DNA from: Acanthaster planci
Taxonomy: Eukaryota
Reading direction: 5' to 3'
DNA: 64,000 bases
Assembly (NCBI RefSeq): GCF_001949145.1
Contig: NW_019091357.1
Coordinates: 2,766,859-2,830,858 of the forward strand
The notes under the pieces were generated by a model that was given only the letters and a program-made list of their open reading frames with translations, ran no database searches and had not been told where the DNA came from. Made by a program: the position numbers and the translations under genes. Shown piece after piece: positions 52,321 through 64,000 of the stretch (its first letter is position 1; each line of letters begins with the position of its first letter).

Positions 52321-55300
52321 TCAAAGGTAGCAGTTTGCTTTATCGGCCTCGTTCATTAACGGCGGGTGGTTGGATCTGATCTGGTGACAGTCTGCAGAAT
52401 AAAACCGCTCAATATGATGATGTAACAGTTTGCAACAGCCTTCCAACCCATTCTATTCTCATGAATATTATGCCAGACATTGCGAAAAAAAGAGTGGGCT
52501 AGCCCCTCGGCATCAGCTGTGATGTAAGGCATTTAACGTAACTGTAATAAGCAAACTCTTAAATGCTTTTTAACGCAAGAACTACTAACGCAATATCCGA
52601 ATCCCATATAAAAATGTACTTATCTGTTTTGATTTAATAAATAGAATTATGTGTACTGGTATGACATTTTCGAATTAAAATTAAGTCTATTTAATACAAG
52701 GGGCAAAAAGAAATAAGACAAGATCTTGTTAAGTGATGATTAACCAAACCAAAAATGGAAAAAAATACGGTATAAGCAGAAGTAAGTGTGCGTGTGTTTA
52801 TTTTATACAGTAACTTTAATTAAATACCCAAAGCCGCGACATTTTTGCGCGTGTCGTGTTATTTATCACAGCGATCACACACTACTCTGATAAAACGTAC
52901 GGTACCTCCGTTCAGGATTTCCGTTCCATGTGCCGTTTTTAACAGTGTTAGACGTGTCTGTTTAGAAAAAAAATTGCCGTGACATCCAGAGGTTTCATGA
53001 AAAATAATGAAGAAGCTTCGTTTATAACAATCGGAAACGTATCAAGAATGGGGTCTACGGTCGTTGCCCCCCCCCTCTGCGGCGTGTTGAGAAAACTCGG
53101 TGATTTTCTGAAGTATTTCACGCCAAGTCCATGTCGTTCTCCTTCTCTGAAAAAAAAATGAGACCAATACCGCACTAATTCCAGGTATATTATCTGCTGT
53201 GCCATGCCGGTTAAAATCTTTGACATGGTTGCTTTTTCAGAAACAAAACATAACTAACATTTAACGAAAATGAAAATGCAGGAAGTTAAATCTCACTAAT
53301 AGGGAAACTGACAAATTTAAAAGATGCTACAGTCCTTCCTACACGGTGTGACTGGTGACAGGGTGACATAACATGACTCTGTAATAAGTCGATATTTATG
53401 ATATTAATGTACATTTGTAATACACATTCAGAGTCGTATATGTATGGCTGTTATATTTGTTCTCCCCTTGGTGGTGATAATGAATGCACTTTAGTCGTTG
53501 GAAGTCTGAAAAGTTCTTCACATCCACTTCAGTTTATTCCTCACCACAAAAAGTGGGGGGATAATTCAATAACCCATCCCCAACGTCAAAAAATGTGGGG
53601 AATATTTACCCTCAACAGCCCCCGGGGTTTACGCCCGTGCCCGACCGATAAAGTATAGTCGACAGCTCGGCGCAAGCAAAGTCTCCCATCTAGGTTGTAG
53701 GTTCAAGTCTCGGCGATGAACTGGTTTAATCGGTTATAACCGGTTTAGACTGGTTTAATACTGGCCTAGGCTTACAGTTATACAAGACTATACCCCTCCA
53801 CTAGGAGAAGGCATCACCATAATTATAGGTCTCATGGCTGTACACGATCTTTTAATGCAATACCATTTCCATTGGTACCGTCTGCATCGACTGCACTGAC
53901 TCCGCAGCGAAGGGGCTGGTTGGTAGATTGGCCAACCATCTGTGTGCTGGAGGCAACGGTCGGAAAGGGAACTGCCAGATGACCGTGCATATCCTGGGTG
54001 GGGTCACCTTGCCCTGGACACTGGATCTAAAAACAGTGATGGGAAAAAGAGATAAGACCTGTGTAACTCGGCGAGGTCACGTTTTGAACACACAAAAGGG
54101 GAAATCAGACAAAGGGCTCGGGAAATTGTGAGTAGTCGTGAAAAATTAAGATGCATACAGGTACCTAGAAAAAATCGAGAATCAGAACGAGGGCAAAGAC
54201 GCAAACACGAGGCCAGTATAAAGCGAAATCCCTCATCTTACCGTGGAAATCTTGGAGTGGTATTCACTGATGACAAAGCGGCAGTAGACGGCTAAGATGA
54301 TGGAGATGGTTAGTTCAGCAAGGTTCACGAGCAACGAGACGGCATCCAAGACTACCGGCACAGTCGGCTGTTGGTATTTAGATCCAAACAAGGCAAGGAA
54401 AAAGGGGATGGGGATTGTATTAATTATTTTGGGACCCAGGCTGGTGATTCGTTTCATTTTTGCTGGGAGTCCTTGTTTAGCGCCGGATTATCCAATGAGC
54501 CCCCAGGTGGACCAAGAGAGGGCGATGTTTTTCCAGCAACGGTGGGGCCTTCCGTGGGCACTGCACTTCGCTGTAAGTTCACGAACGACAATGAAATGCT
54601 TGCGCTACGGTCGCATCGCTACCAACAAAATGAACAACCAACTTGGCTCTTTTCAACCGATGAGGCAGTACTTTTGCTAAAGGCTGACAGGCACACACTA
54701 CGCACTGTGCCTTTTAAAACCAATGAAAAAGGACATACCAAAAGTTTAAGGGCGTTCGAAAATACGATATGTCATACAGCAATATTCAATATCTCTCAGG
54801 AATTCAAAGTAGGTGGCTGGAAAGTGAGTCTTATCTGAGATTCAGTGTCAACTCCTCTCCAAAAATCAACTTACCAATATCGCTGATTCATTGTATCCGC
54901 CTTAAGCAAAAGCAACACCTCATCGGTTGTACAGAGACAGGTTGGTTGGGGACGTTCATTTTGCTGGTAGCGACTGCAAAGCGTGCTTTTTATTGTTAGT
55001 GACTCCGCGAAGTGCAGTTCCGACCAAAGGAGCCCCCGTTGCTAGGAAAATTGCGCCCTCTCTTGGCCCAGCTTGGGACTTCTAGTTAAATCTACTCCTT
55101 AATTGTCGTCGTTTTAGTTTAACGAGCCTAAAAGAGAGCTGATGGGGGATACGGGACAAATTCGTCTCCTCTGTGTACGTCAATGTGCGCTGGGGGAGGG
55201 CCATGATCCCAGTGACAATACGGTTTCAGGAAGTCTAGTTGTCAACTCACCCTTCGGAAATAATAGAACATTCCAAAAACTTTGTAGTCGTAAGCGATTG

Positions 55301-56837
55301 AGGCAGCGTAGATGCCAATGTTGGCTGCGGCAACTACAGAGGAAAGTGTTGTCATGACCAGACATGCGACGGCCTGCAAAGAAGGGGAGCAAGAAGCACG
55401 GAACTGCATGATTGATGTTAACAGCAAAGGCATAGGAATAAGATTATAACCAATCAATTCTAGTAACTGATAACTACCCTTGGATGTAGATTACTTTTTT
55501 TTCATTTATTAGATCGCTTGGAAAACAGCTGGCGAGCAAAACTGACGAATGGAAGATAAGAGATGATGGATTCAGCCATCGCAGGGAATAATGATAACCA
55601 CTTCGTGCATATTTTGCTAGAAGGCCAATTCGCCATTTTAAACACAAGTGGTATGATGGAACTCTGAGTTGTTCGAGTGCGTGGATGTGTTTACTTCAAA
55701 ACGTTTCAGACAGCGTGAGCTCAGTGCGTGGACGTGAATTCGATTGTCAATTAAAGTTAGTGGGTCACTAACTGCAAACAGGCGTTGGAAAATACAGTCG
55801 TCCAGAAAAACCTTACCACGCGTCTTCGTGAAGTTACGGGAACCGTCACAGACATGACACCAAGAATGCCAGCGGGGAGGAAAAACTGAAGAGAAAATTG
55901 AAATGGGATACAGGTGTTTCTTGGCATCCATGGGGTCCTTTAATACGATCTCAAAGGAATTTGCGAAAAACAAATTTCGGCCCTCGTGAAGTTGAAAGTA
56001 GTAACCCTCTATCCCTGAAGCTTTGGCTTCAAGGCCAGGTAGAAAAGCCGTTGGCGAAAGTGTGATCCGGAAAATGTGAACTTTTGGTTGGAATTTGCTA
56101 AAAACTGCCGCGCTGAAAACACTACATCAACATCTGCATGTATAGGTATTTAAGAAGCTCAACGGCTGTTTCTTATCAAAAAGGGTGACACTGAGCGCCA
56201 TGTTTCCCCTTTTGCGAGCAGCAAATCTTGGCATTCTTGTAGGTAAGACTGTTATTGTGGATAATTGATGGTGGCGCAATTTCATCTAAGACTACAGGGG
56301 ATAACAAAACCAGTGGGACGCGATCCAGCCCACCACCCTCTTGAAGCCACGTAGGCCTATTACGAAACATGAATATTTATGTCGTCCCTTCATTTCTGTA
56401 AAGAAAAAAATAGCCCAATGGTAAAATTATTTTGATATCTTTCCTCTGTCTTGGTTTTTTGTTTGTTTGTTTGTTTGTTTGTTTGTTTGTTTGTTTACAT
56501 TTTAGTGTAGTCTTATAGTAATAAAACCCAAGACAAACAAAATGCCAAGGAAACGGACGCTTACCATCATAGCGGTCCACATTCCGGAGAACGCTATCCC
56601 TAAAATGGATCCAGCAAGGGCCGACGCTATCCCCAGCACGGCCGAGAGCCCCGACGTAACGACCTGGACGATTCCCAGCAGTTTGACCGGTCGGGAGTAC
56701 CCGCTACGGCGAGATGTCGCCGGGGCAGCCATGTGGTTGACGTGTGTCCCGATCCTCTGCACAATTCTCTTCGGCGACTGTGAGCTTTGTAAATCATCCA
56801 CAGGAAACCTATCGAAAATGTCACCCGAATGGTTCAT
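52321..56837 (-). CDS. MS4A/CD20-like tetraspan protein, gene 9 (~274 aa, divergent). Exons 56837-56565, 55885-55817, 55373-55251, 54367-54242, 54026-53864, 52391-52321 (start codon and last exon less certain)
   Basis: KLLGIVQVV...SGMWTAMM / FFLPAGILGVMSV / AVACLVMTTLSS / LAELTISIILAVYC. Exon 5 is 163 nt to a phase-1 donor, as in paralogs. If that donor is unused, the frame stops at 53832-53834. An alternative ATG lies at 56732. Confidence 0.78.
56458..56496. repeat. (TTTG)n microsatellite; similar tracts at ~47168-47190 and ~58130-58160
   Basis: Direct tetranucleotide repeats. Confidence 0.95.
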
Positions 56838-57992
56838 CAAAGGGTCCTTTAAATTGTGCTTGCAATATTAAAACCGACTTCAAAAAGAACACCTGAAATT
56901 TGTGACCGCAAAAAATATTCATAAACCAGTTCGGTCAACGCGACTAGCTGTATCCACGAAACACAGTGTATGGTCTCAAATGAAATTGAAACAAATGGAA
57001 GGTTTTACTTACACTAACAAAGGATAAGGTTGAGTCAGAAAGAAAACCTGTGGCCCGCGATAGTGCTCTCTGTTAACGAGCGACCGAAATGGCCCAACGA
57101 CCGTTGGCCGGTGTGAGAACGCTTCCGTATGCACCGTCGAAAGGGATTAGACATCGGGGTAAAAGAGACAACATTGTAGCGCCGAGTATGTGTTAATATG
57201 TAACACGTTAACCATCGAGGGCCGCGTTGGATATTATGACGTAGTGGGTACTATGCATTACCATAGAAACTGAAAGGTCTTAAAATAATTGTCACTTAAA
57301 GGAGCGGGAAAGACGTCAGAATCGAGGCTAAGCCAACTCACGACCAAACTTCATCAAAGCAATCTGAAAATGTCGATTTTTCTAAACAAACTTCTATGAA
57401 ACTCCTTTATTAGAACTTGTCGTCGGCTCCTAAAATGTTACGTTGAAAAGGAATATGAGTTTTTTTTTAACAACGGTGGGTATAAACGGATCGGTTGAAG
57501 CTGCATATCAGTTGCCACTCCGTGTCTCGTGCGTTCCAAGTCACCGACCTGAAATAATTGTATGGGGTACATGAGACGCTTTCGAATTTCGCATCTTTTA
57601 ACTGACGGGAGCATAGGCATATAGGCTATCCCAGAATCTGTGAAGACTTTCTCTGGAGCTGTCGCGTGCATCACTCGCTACCGAAACCGTACATGCCCCG
57701 TGCCCCCGTTCTCCCATTCACAGTGGCCTTTCCAAAGTTGTTACTTTGTCACCTGAAGCAAAGTGGGAAAGATAAGACTACTTCAATTTATGTGATTTTC
57801 GCGACTGTCCTTGATAATTTTTTTTTTTGTCGTCCAGACGCCAACCTCAAAAGGGGCAGCTTCTCTTTTCGGATCTTAATGTTTGATATTCGATAAATTT
57901 CGAGTCTTGAGCACAGTACTCATGGATATGGCTGGAATTTTGACTGTATTATGTCAAATGCCACCAAAAAATAATTTAAAAATAGTCCTTAC

Positions 57993-59906
57993 ATCTGTGT
58001 TTTGTACCCTTTTCGTGTGTTCCAATGACAGGCAGGTACATATGGAAGCCAGCGTGGATACCACAAAAGCAACCAGGCTAATACCCGCAGCGATGAAGTC
58101 ACTGACGATCGAGAAAGTAGGCTGAAGAAAAACAAACAAACAAACAAACAAACAAACAAAAGAAAGGGTCAGGCACTAATCAGCTGACTTCGGACAAGAC
58201 TCAGCCTGAGAGCTTGAGTTATGCATAAAAATGGGAAGAAATATTTGCTTAGAACCATTGTTTGTCACGACGAACATCTACCGGTAGGCTACACCTGAAC
58301 GCGCAGTGGACATGTTTACTCGCTCTTGTAAAATCAACAATATTTCTTTTTTTTTTCAAAATTACCAAAGCTGTGCAAAACCAAGGTGAACGGGTACCCG
58401 TATTTCTGGATCTTCGGTCTTATCATCATTATTGATGGGCAGATGTTCGTGAAACTCTTTTTCTGTTTTTCCCTAACATTTTTTTTCTGAAAATTTCTTG
58501 AAAATGTTGGAGTGAATCTGGAATTTGTGAGCATGGTGTCAAATCTTCCGACCCGAAACTTGGGAAGTGTGGACACCAGCGTGACAATCGATATTGCATG
58601 TGCAAGCCCGTGGCTTATGACGTTGCCACTTACATGCGCTCCACGGATACTGTTGCAGGCTGACGCCACAGAGAGGGCTAAATTCCCGACGGCTGCGCCG
58701 GACGAAAGTAGTGACATAACCAGGCTCACAACAGCCTACAGTTCGATAACAAGAACAGTTATAGGTAACTGATAGTATCTGTGTTTATATTGAAAACACG
58801 TTTTCTCCAATTCTCACTTTAAAAAAAATCCACATAGTTTACAATCTTTCATCAGTTTGACTGGTCGATTTTGATTTTGATCAATAATTCAACTCTTTCT
58901 CAGCGTTTCCGTTAGGTTGTGTTCTTCTGCAGTGACTAACCGAGCATAATGTATAGATTTTCTAAACAAATCTAATAAAAATTCTCGAATTTAAACTTCT
59001 CCTGAATAGATCACCATGCATAAAAATAGAAATGCGATGTGGCGTCCCGATTTGCAACAGAAATATCTTATCGGTGCTGGAGCGAATTGGACTGCTGTGC
59101 TCTTACCAAGCTCCTCCGCAGCGAGGGCGTCGTTGTGGATTTCTCGGATAAGATACCAAAGATCCCTGCAGGGAGATACAGCTGACGAAGGGGAAAAAGA
59201 AGTCCTTTCGACAAGAAAATTATCGGCAGTAACAAAACGTCGGTTCCAAATTGTTTCTACTTTTGACAGTAATTGCCAGTGGCGGTGGCCTTGACATTAC
59301 TGATGATATAAACAACCTTTTCATTACAGCTCAGGTAAATTCTGTCACTGTATGTATGTTGTGTTTTAACTTTATTTAAAGAAACAAGAGGCTTTAATTT
59401 TGTTTACTTCACGACGTTACCCTGCAGAGAGTCCCACCATAGGTAAATGTCCCACCCACAGATCCACTTGCACCCTAAAACAATACATGAAAGGTGGATA
59501 AAATGGGGAAAAAATGTTTGCCGTGTCATGTGACTCTGTAAAAGTCGTCTTCGGGTAGATTAAGTTTCCGTACGAAAAAATCAAACTGAACGAGCCCGTT
59601 CCGACTGTCAAGAACCAGAAACGGCATAGAAACTCACCCTGCAGAAGGCTAATGAAAGTGTTGGAGACCCCGAGACTGATTTTGGTCTCATCTGCCGCAA
59701 TTTCAGCGATCCCCTGCGCGATCGAGATTCTACCTCCATGTCGAGATGCAGGCCAAGAGGATCTGAAGGGTGGCGATTTTTGGAGCGGCCCGGTGAAGTC
59801 CGTTAAGTTGCCGCGAGGACTTTGAAGAGACCAGTGGCTGGGTCTCGCCGGGGTAAGCCGGCTGGTGAGTAGCCACCTCTTTACGTTCCGGACTCATTCT
59901 CGTCAT
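57993..59906 (-). pseudogene. Gene 10: divergent MS4A-like gene, probably pseudogenised. Exons 59906-59638 (frameshifted), possible extra exon ~59474-59421, then 59181-59107, 58735-58634, 58121-57993; tail exon unresolved
   Basis: KIATLQILLACIS[19-nt insertion with TAG]IAQGIAEIA / LYLPAGIFGILSEK...RRSL / AVVSLVMSLLSSGAAVGNL / ISLVAFVVSTLASICTC, with canonical splice sites. The insertion at 59722-59747 breaks the frame. Confidence 0.7.
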
Positions 59907-62240
59907 GGGTGTGTAGGCACAAGTGGCGAGTAAACCTCGAGTCGATTTCCTGAACCAGCGCGCAACATATATCTCCAAGATATCAGGTAAACTTGGAATT
60001 ATCCAATGGACAAGACGAGGGGACGAGAGGGCGCACTTTGAAAAGCCGCACAAATGCTGTTCTGGCCGATTGCTTGTCCGTTAGGCATGATGTTTGAAAT
60101 GGAAAAAGGAAAAACAAAAGTAATAATGTTTGAAATTTTAATGTATCCCAGGTTTGTTTGCTGCACGGGCAATTTCGTCTTTTCTCTGATGAGGACTTCT
60201 CAAAATGAAAGTTACAAAGAGAATGCTAGAAATTTCCTTGCGAGTTGCTTCTTCTTTTGCTTTAGAAGCCAAGCTTCTTACTGTGATGGTCTTTAAATTA
60301 TTAATAAAACGTAATGATCATAATTATTTCATTGGTGTCGTGTGGAGGGGAGAAGCAGGGGTGCTCTTGCTCCCCTAAAAATAAAAAAAATAGAGATGAT
60401 GGGGTGTGAAAATCACAACTTTTCTTTAAAAACATCCCCCCCCCGCGGTCAGACGTGCACTCGTAGGGTGTCCGTTAATTTTCACAAATGCACTTTAATA
60501 ATAAATAATGTGGGTACCAGACTTCTATCGACCCGCGCGAGATATGATCCGACAGCGCTTTGGCAGTGGCTCAAATTAGTTGGCTACGGATCGAATTAGC
60601 AAGCACACGTAGTAAAGCCGTTAGCTAGCGGCTTCATGCATTTTCCAATGAGGTATGTTTTACGGTCAGCCGTAGCCAAGTAAATCGGACTCGGTCTGTA
60701 GCTGTCGTGGGATTGCACGTTATATGCACAGGGTATCCAAGAGGTGTCTGTCAACAACACAACAGCGGGGGATCATGTATGTTTAATTTATTGATTGACT
60801 CTCGGCGCGGCTGACCAGTTCCCTAAAACCACCATTGTTAATCCCTGGCATTCGTAGGGCTTCTTGCGGGTAATTTCCCGTACAGAAATGCCGATATGCG
60901 ACTTGACTCGGTGTTTATAGCAAGCTTTCAGCAGGGCCTACACATAGGGTTTCCAGCTTGTTGAAACTACATGTACATGTAGTGTAGAACATGGAGTTTT
61001 GCTGAACATCATATCGGAATGGTCCAAGCATGGCCCGAGACATTTCTACCTCCACGGTCCGAGGGTTCATCTTCGTTATTTTGACGCACCTAGCCCATTC
61101 AGCATTGTGCTGCCATTAACAAGCACAAGGACCAGGTGAGAGTTACACGTTTGCGTTTGGCATGTTTGGTTTGACTCTGAAGACTGATTCTGTCCAGACA
61201 GACCCAAAAAGGGGGAAGTCTTACCAATATACAGACAACATTAATTTTCCCTGAAAATATTATAACACTGTCTGATTAACAGCCATCAGAAAGCCATCAA
61301 AAACATGTCCTAAAAAGTGAAATTTAGCTGAGAAAATTCGGAAGCATTACTTAGAAAACACTTTGGATTTTTCAGACAAGCCCCATACAAATGTATACAT
61401 GTAGGTTTGTGCACAGGGCCTAGGCCTCAAGTGTTGTCTGTAGTGTAGCTCTTTCCAAGATGAACAATTTAAATTAAGTCATTATTTCCTAGTTGCATGG
61501 TCAGTTTACTCGAAAAAAGCTTTCCAATGGCCATTTGTTTTGAATCTCGTATGATAGGATAAAGTCTTTTTTGTGAGAAAATGTTCGTAACATCAGTTGA
61601 CGATCACATTCTTTTTACATTAAGTGTCCAAAAAAGCTGAAGTCCAGTGTAATGTCGATATAACTTATGATTATCTTTCTGTAGTTCTTGGTAAGAAATT
61701 AATTGGAAGTAATTGATTGGAAGTTAAGTAAGTGTAAAATCAAATTACAGAGATTGTGCACGATGGTCATCTCTCCGGTAAGATCTTTGGTTTCCACAGG
61801 GATACACTTTCTTTAGCCTTCTCCATGTGTGTCACCAGGATTTTTTTTGGGGGGGAGGGGCCAAAGCACTTTTCTGGGAGGTGGGATGTCCTAGGATAGA
61901 TGGGAAGACACTCATCAGTAACGAGTTGACAACCAGTCAGTTTCAGGGTTTGCTTGGAGCAAATTGGTGATTTTCAACCACTGTCTTCCTATTTTCATCT
62001 CTTATGCATTTTTGTCTATTTGTCTTGGAGGGGGGGGCCTTGCCATGCCAGTGCTCCTCCTTCCACTGTTGCCACGCTGCACTGGTACATGGATTCATAT
62101 CTGTGGTTCAGTCAAATCAATGGGACATGTTGCAGAAGCTGTTTTCAACAGGTGCGCCGTACAAAGTAACTTTGTGACTCTCCACAAACTCCAAGCCATG
62201 CAATGACTGTAGAGTTCTGGAAACTGAGTACAACACCTGT

Positions 62241-62459
62241 GGGTAATTCCAGAAATTAGGGGTCCAGAAGTGTGACATTTCGGTGTCCCTGTTACATCTG
62301 ACCTTTGTCATTTGACATGGAAATATCACCGGAATTGATTTCAAACTATTACTGTTTGTTTGGCAGGTAATTTCCATTAATTCATCACTCTTGGAAATTA
62401 GAAAATGTGTTCTGAACTTACAAAAAAAAATGGACCCCTAATTTCTGGAATTACTCCTG
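62241..62459. mobile_element. MITE with ~24-bp TIRs (Tc1-like)
   Basis: gtaattccagaaattaggggtcca ... tggacccctaatttctggaattac form a perfect inverted repeat. Confidence 0.8.
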
Positions 62460-63271
62460 TGTGTTCTTTGTAACCTTTTTAAACACTGCTTGATTCTAAT
62501 TATGAATATTTCAGTTTTGCTTTTGTTTCCCAAATGTACATAAATGTATAAATCTGCCTTATTATTCCTAGCTGTGTGGAATTTTCTGAAGGCAGTCGTA
62601 AGCCACAATTTTCACTGCTCTTTAAAAATAGCAACAGCATCAATGAAGTTCATCAGTGCGTAAAAATACCACCGAAAATGTTGTGTGTGTGGAGGGATGC
62701 ATTGTGCACGAAGGGTAGGGTTGGTTGTGGTAATTATGAAGACTTATCAATTGTCCACAGACCAGGGCTATACGTGTACCATTTTATGTGAGCTAGACGC
62801 CAGGATTGATTGAATATCCTTTCATTGTCGTGTGTTTGCAGTTTGGGCCGGTGCGCCGTGCTGCTGGGTTTGTTGTAGGAGTCGATCACCATGACAGCCA
62901 AAGTTCATTGCTATGGACTGAATCGTTGTGCACACAGCAATCGTGTGTACAGAGCTCCATCATTAGCACACTCTGGCCAGGTGTATACTGTACATGTACA
63001 TGTGTGGTATGTGCCTGTATGCACCTTTCCGATCACTGTCTGTTATTAAAATTGATATGTTCAATTCATGACCTTTGTTCACCTCTGCGCAAGACACTCA
63101 TCACTGGGCAAACTTACCTGTTTGAAACCACTCTGGGAAATTGAGTCACTGAAAAAACACTTATTTCAGAAAGACGAAACAGAAACAAAATGCAGCAACT
63201 CAAATCAGCTGAAGCAGAGTTCAAAGGCTGCTGAAAATTACAAAAGCCCGAAGATGAAAGGAACATCATAG

Positions 63272-63742
63272 TAGGGCTGAGTCAATTTGAATAATTCACT
63301 ATTTCGAATATTCGACTTTCAATTTAATTGAATATCTGAATTTTCGGTCGTACCGACCGGCTGATTTTCATGAACAAACCATAAACAAAATCAGCTGCAA
63401 TAACACACACAATTGTACATTATGATCAATATAATAGCTCCTCATCGGAGTACATGTATCTCTAGCCATGATTTAGCAAGACTTCTTGCCCTGTTGAAAA
63501 TTTCAATTCCTTTTAAATATTTCAATGAATAATTGACTTTTTAAATCATTGTAAGATTTCTGACACTTTTCATTTGAATCTGCTTGAAAAGTAAACCTCC
63601 ATATTGCAATTTTTCTCATTTAAAACAACAGAAAATTTGCCGTTCCTTTTCATAAATTTTGCATTTGAATACTCAAATTTGAAAAAAAATGGATCGAATA
63701 TTGGGTTACATGTATTCGGATACTGTATTAGGCACAGCCCTA
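63272..63742. mobile_element. Non-autonomous hAT-like element (TAGGGCTG...CAGCCCTA)
   Basis: Terminal inverted tagggctg/cagcccta with subterminal cgaatattcg-type repeats. The 8-bp TSD is not clearly preserved. Confidence 0.55.
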
Positions 63743-64000
63743 CATGTACATCACAGATGAACATTACCCCCATTCCAATCATAACAGTGTAGTAGAAAAT
63801 GAAGGATGGATTACATCTACTTCTCCCTGCCAATAGATTTCCTATCTCGTACCCCCCCTCAGCCAGTCCCTCGAGCCTCGTTATCCCATTGCACATGTGC
63901 ATGAAATGTTCCTCTCTAGTTCTTGATCGGCTAACTGTGACATGATGTCACCCGATGTGAATAATTCACATTGTTGTGGGCATTGCACTGTTGTCAAGAG

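Noticed and set aside
57438..57752. Candidate tail exon of gene 10
   Set aside because: The best acceptor (57752) gives VTK* in phase 0, and no frame resembles the paralog tails; unresolved.
58334..58633. ORF extension beyond gene 10 exon 3 with a TM-like stretch
   Set aside because: A consensus donor (CAT|gtaagt) at 58634 matches the paralog exon boundary, so the extension is intron read-through.
1..64000. Prokaryotic-type systems (CRISPR arrays, operons), tRNA/rRNA genes, intact transposase or reverse transcriptase
   Set aside because: No regularly spaced repeat-spacer array, no recognisable structural RNA gene and no long ORF. The repeats are paralogous exons, segmental duplications and MITEs in intron-containing DNA.

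Overview
Eukaryotic (animal, probably invertebrate deuterostome-like; taxon not determinable here) genomic DNA with GT-AG spliceosomal introns. Most ORFs in the supplied track are noise. About 0.7-60 kb is a tandem cluster of ten paralogous genes/pseudogenes for small four-transmembrane proteins resembling the MS4A/CD20-like family: TM1 'KSLGILQIVL', TM2 'WGGL-FYLPAGILG', TM3 'CLVMSILS', TM4 'LTELVVSIVASVYCC', and a Pro-rich tail with PPxY. Gene 1 is on the - strand and runs off the window. Genes 2-8 are on the + strand and genes 9-10 on the - strand. Where intact, the genes share one architecture: a candidate non-coding first exon carrying a YY1-like motif, coding exons 1-5 joined by phase-0 introns, and a short last exon after a phase-1 intron. 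Two recent ~8-9 kb tandem duplications can be read with their junctions. The cluster shows birth-and-death evolution: a deletion mini-gene, orphan terminal exons, a frameshifted copy, and repeated loss of PPxY. The strongest signal is that the extracellular loops, especially a Tyr/Gly-rich second loop, are hypervariable even between near-identical duplicates, suggesting a diversifying receptor repertoire (chemosensory or immune). Several MITE families, a decayed Tc1-like transposase fragment, microsatellites and a 498-N gap are also present. All models were built by eye, without database searches or expression data.
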